Made by a program: the position numbers and the translations under genes
Shown here: piece after piece, positions 63,946 to 64,000 of the stretch
Layout of the letters: every line of letters starts with the position of its first letter
How positions within the stretch are numbered: position 1 is the stretch's first letter
Assembly: GCA_964408485.1 (NCBI GenBank)
Contig: CAYOZJ010000005.1
Span: 13,203-77,202, forward strand
Reading direction: 5' to 3'
DNA: 64,000 nucleotides
DNA from: an uncultured Gammaproteobacteria bacterium
Lineage (GTDB): Bacteria > Patescibacteriota > Microgenomatia > Levybacterales > UBA12049
The notes under the pieces: model-generated
The model's input: only the letters and a program-made list of their open reading frames with translations
What the model was told of the DNA's origin: nothing
Database searches by the model: none

Positions 63946-64000
63946 AGTGAAACATATGAAAAAATACCTTCCGCTTCTGGGTATTGTCACTTTCTTTATT
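63946..64000 (+). CDS. Start of a downstream gene (partial; signal-peptide-like MKKYLPLLGIVTFFI)
   Basis: ATG at 63946; the ORF runs off the window. Confidence 0.3.

Overview
This is a low-GC bacterial window, probably from a CPR/Patescibacteria-like genome; that assignment is inferred from gene content, not from any search. The supporting content is a nusG-secE-rplK-rplA-rplJ-rplL ribosomal cluster with no rpoBC after it, a four-helix-bundle (23S IVS-type) protein, an excisionase-family HTH, a comEA-comEC pair, and a 5231-aa surface protein. No rRNA or CRISPR array is present.

Recognisable genes: secE, nusG, rplK, rplA, rplJ, rplL, galU, a GalT-like HIT protein, a WecB/TagA/CpsF glycosyltransferase, mreB, ndk, an M16 peptidase, argS, leuS, a DsbA-like oxidoreductase next to a VKOR, an ECF sigma factor with a histidine kinase and a receiver protein, comEA/comEC, a PAP2 phosphatase, a tandem DUF4389 membrane protein, a DUF2079-like membrane protein, and a DUF2000 protein. 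Two tRNAs sit together on the minus strand: tRNA-Arg(CCU) and tRNA-Pro(CGG).

Main observations, in order of interest:
- A 15.7-kb gene (48215-63910) encodes a 5231-aa protein: two tyrosine-recombinase core-binding-like (SAM-like) domains, one TM helix, then many Thr/Asn/Gly-rich ~250-aa repeats. It sits next to four other secreted or membrane surface proteins.
- Several families of short palindromic or inverted-repeat elements are inserted in frame in coding sequences, including leuS, argS, nusG, VKOR, a DsbA-like gene and the giant gene. This is reminiscent of Rickettsia palindromic elements.
- Four small ORFs form two tandem gene pairs (39346-40601); each is followed by a copy of a ~30-bp repeat that is identical to the 3' coding end of leuS.
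- Five small paralogous HTH proteins form one tight operon with the M16 peptidase and ndk.
- Small ORFs have been inserted inside the ribosomal-protein operon: 455 bp flanked by 9-bp direct repeats between nusG and rplK, and ~1 kb between rplA and rplJ, the latter with canonical promoters.
- Three heptanucleotide x4 tandem repeats, a palindromic motif with three copies (one upstream of the excisionase-family HTH), two interrupted ORFs, and a GC-rich island in the AT-rich spacer upstream of the giant gene.
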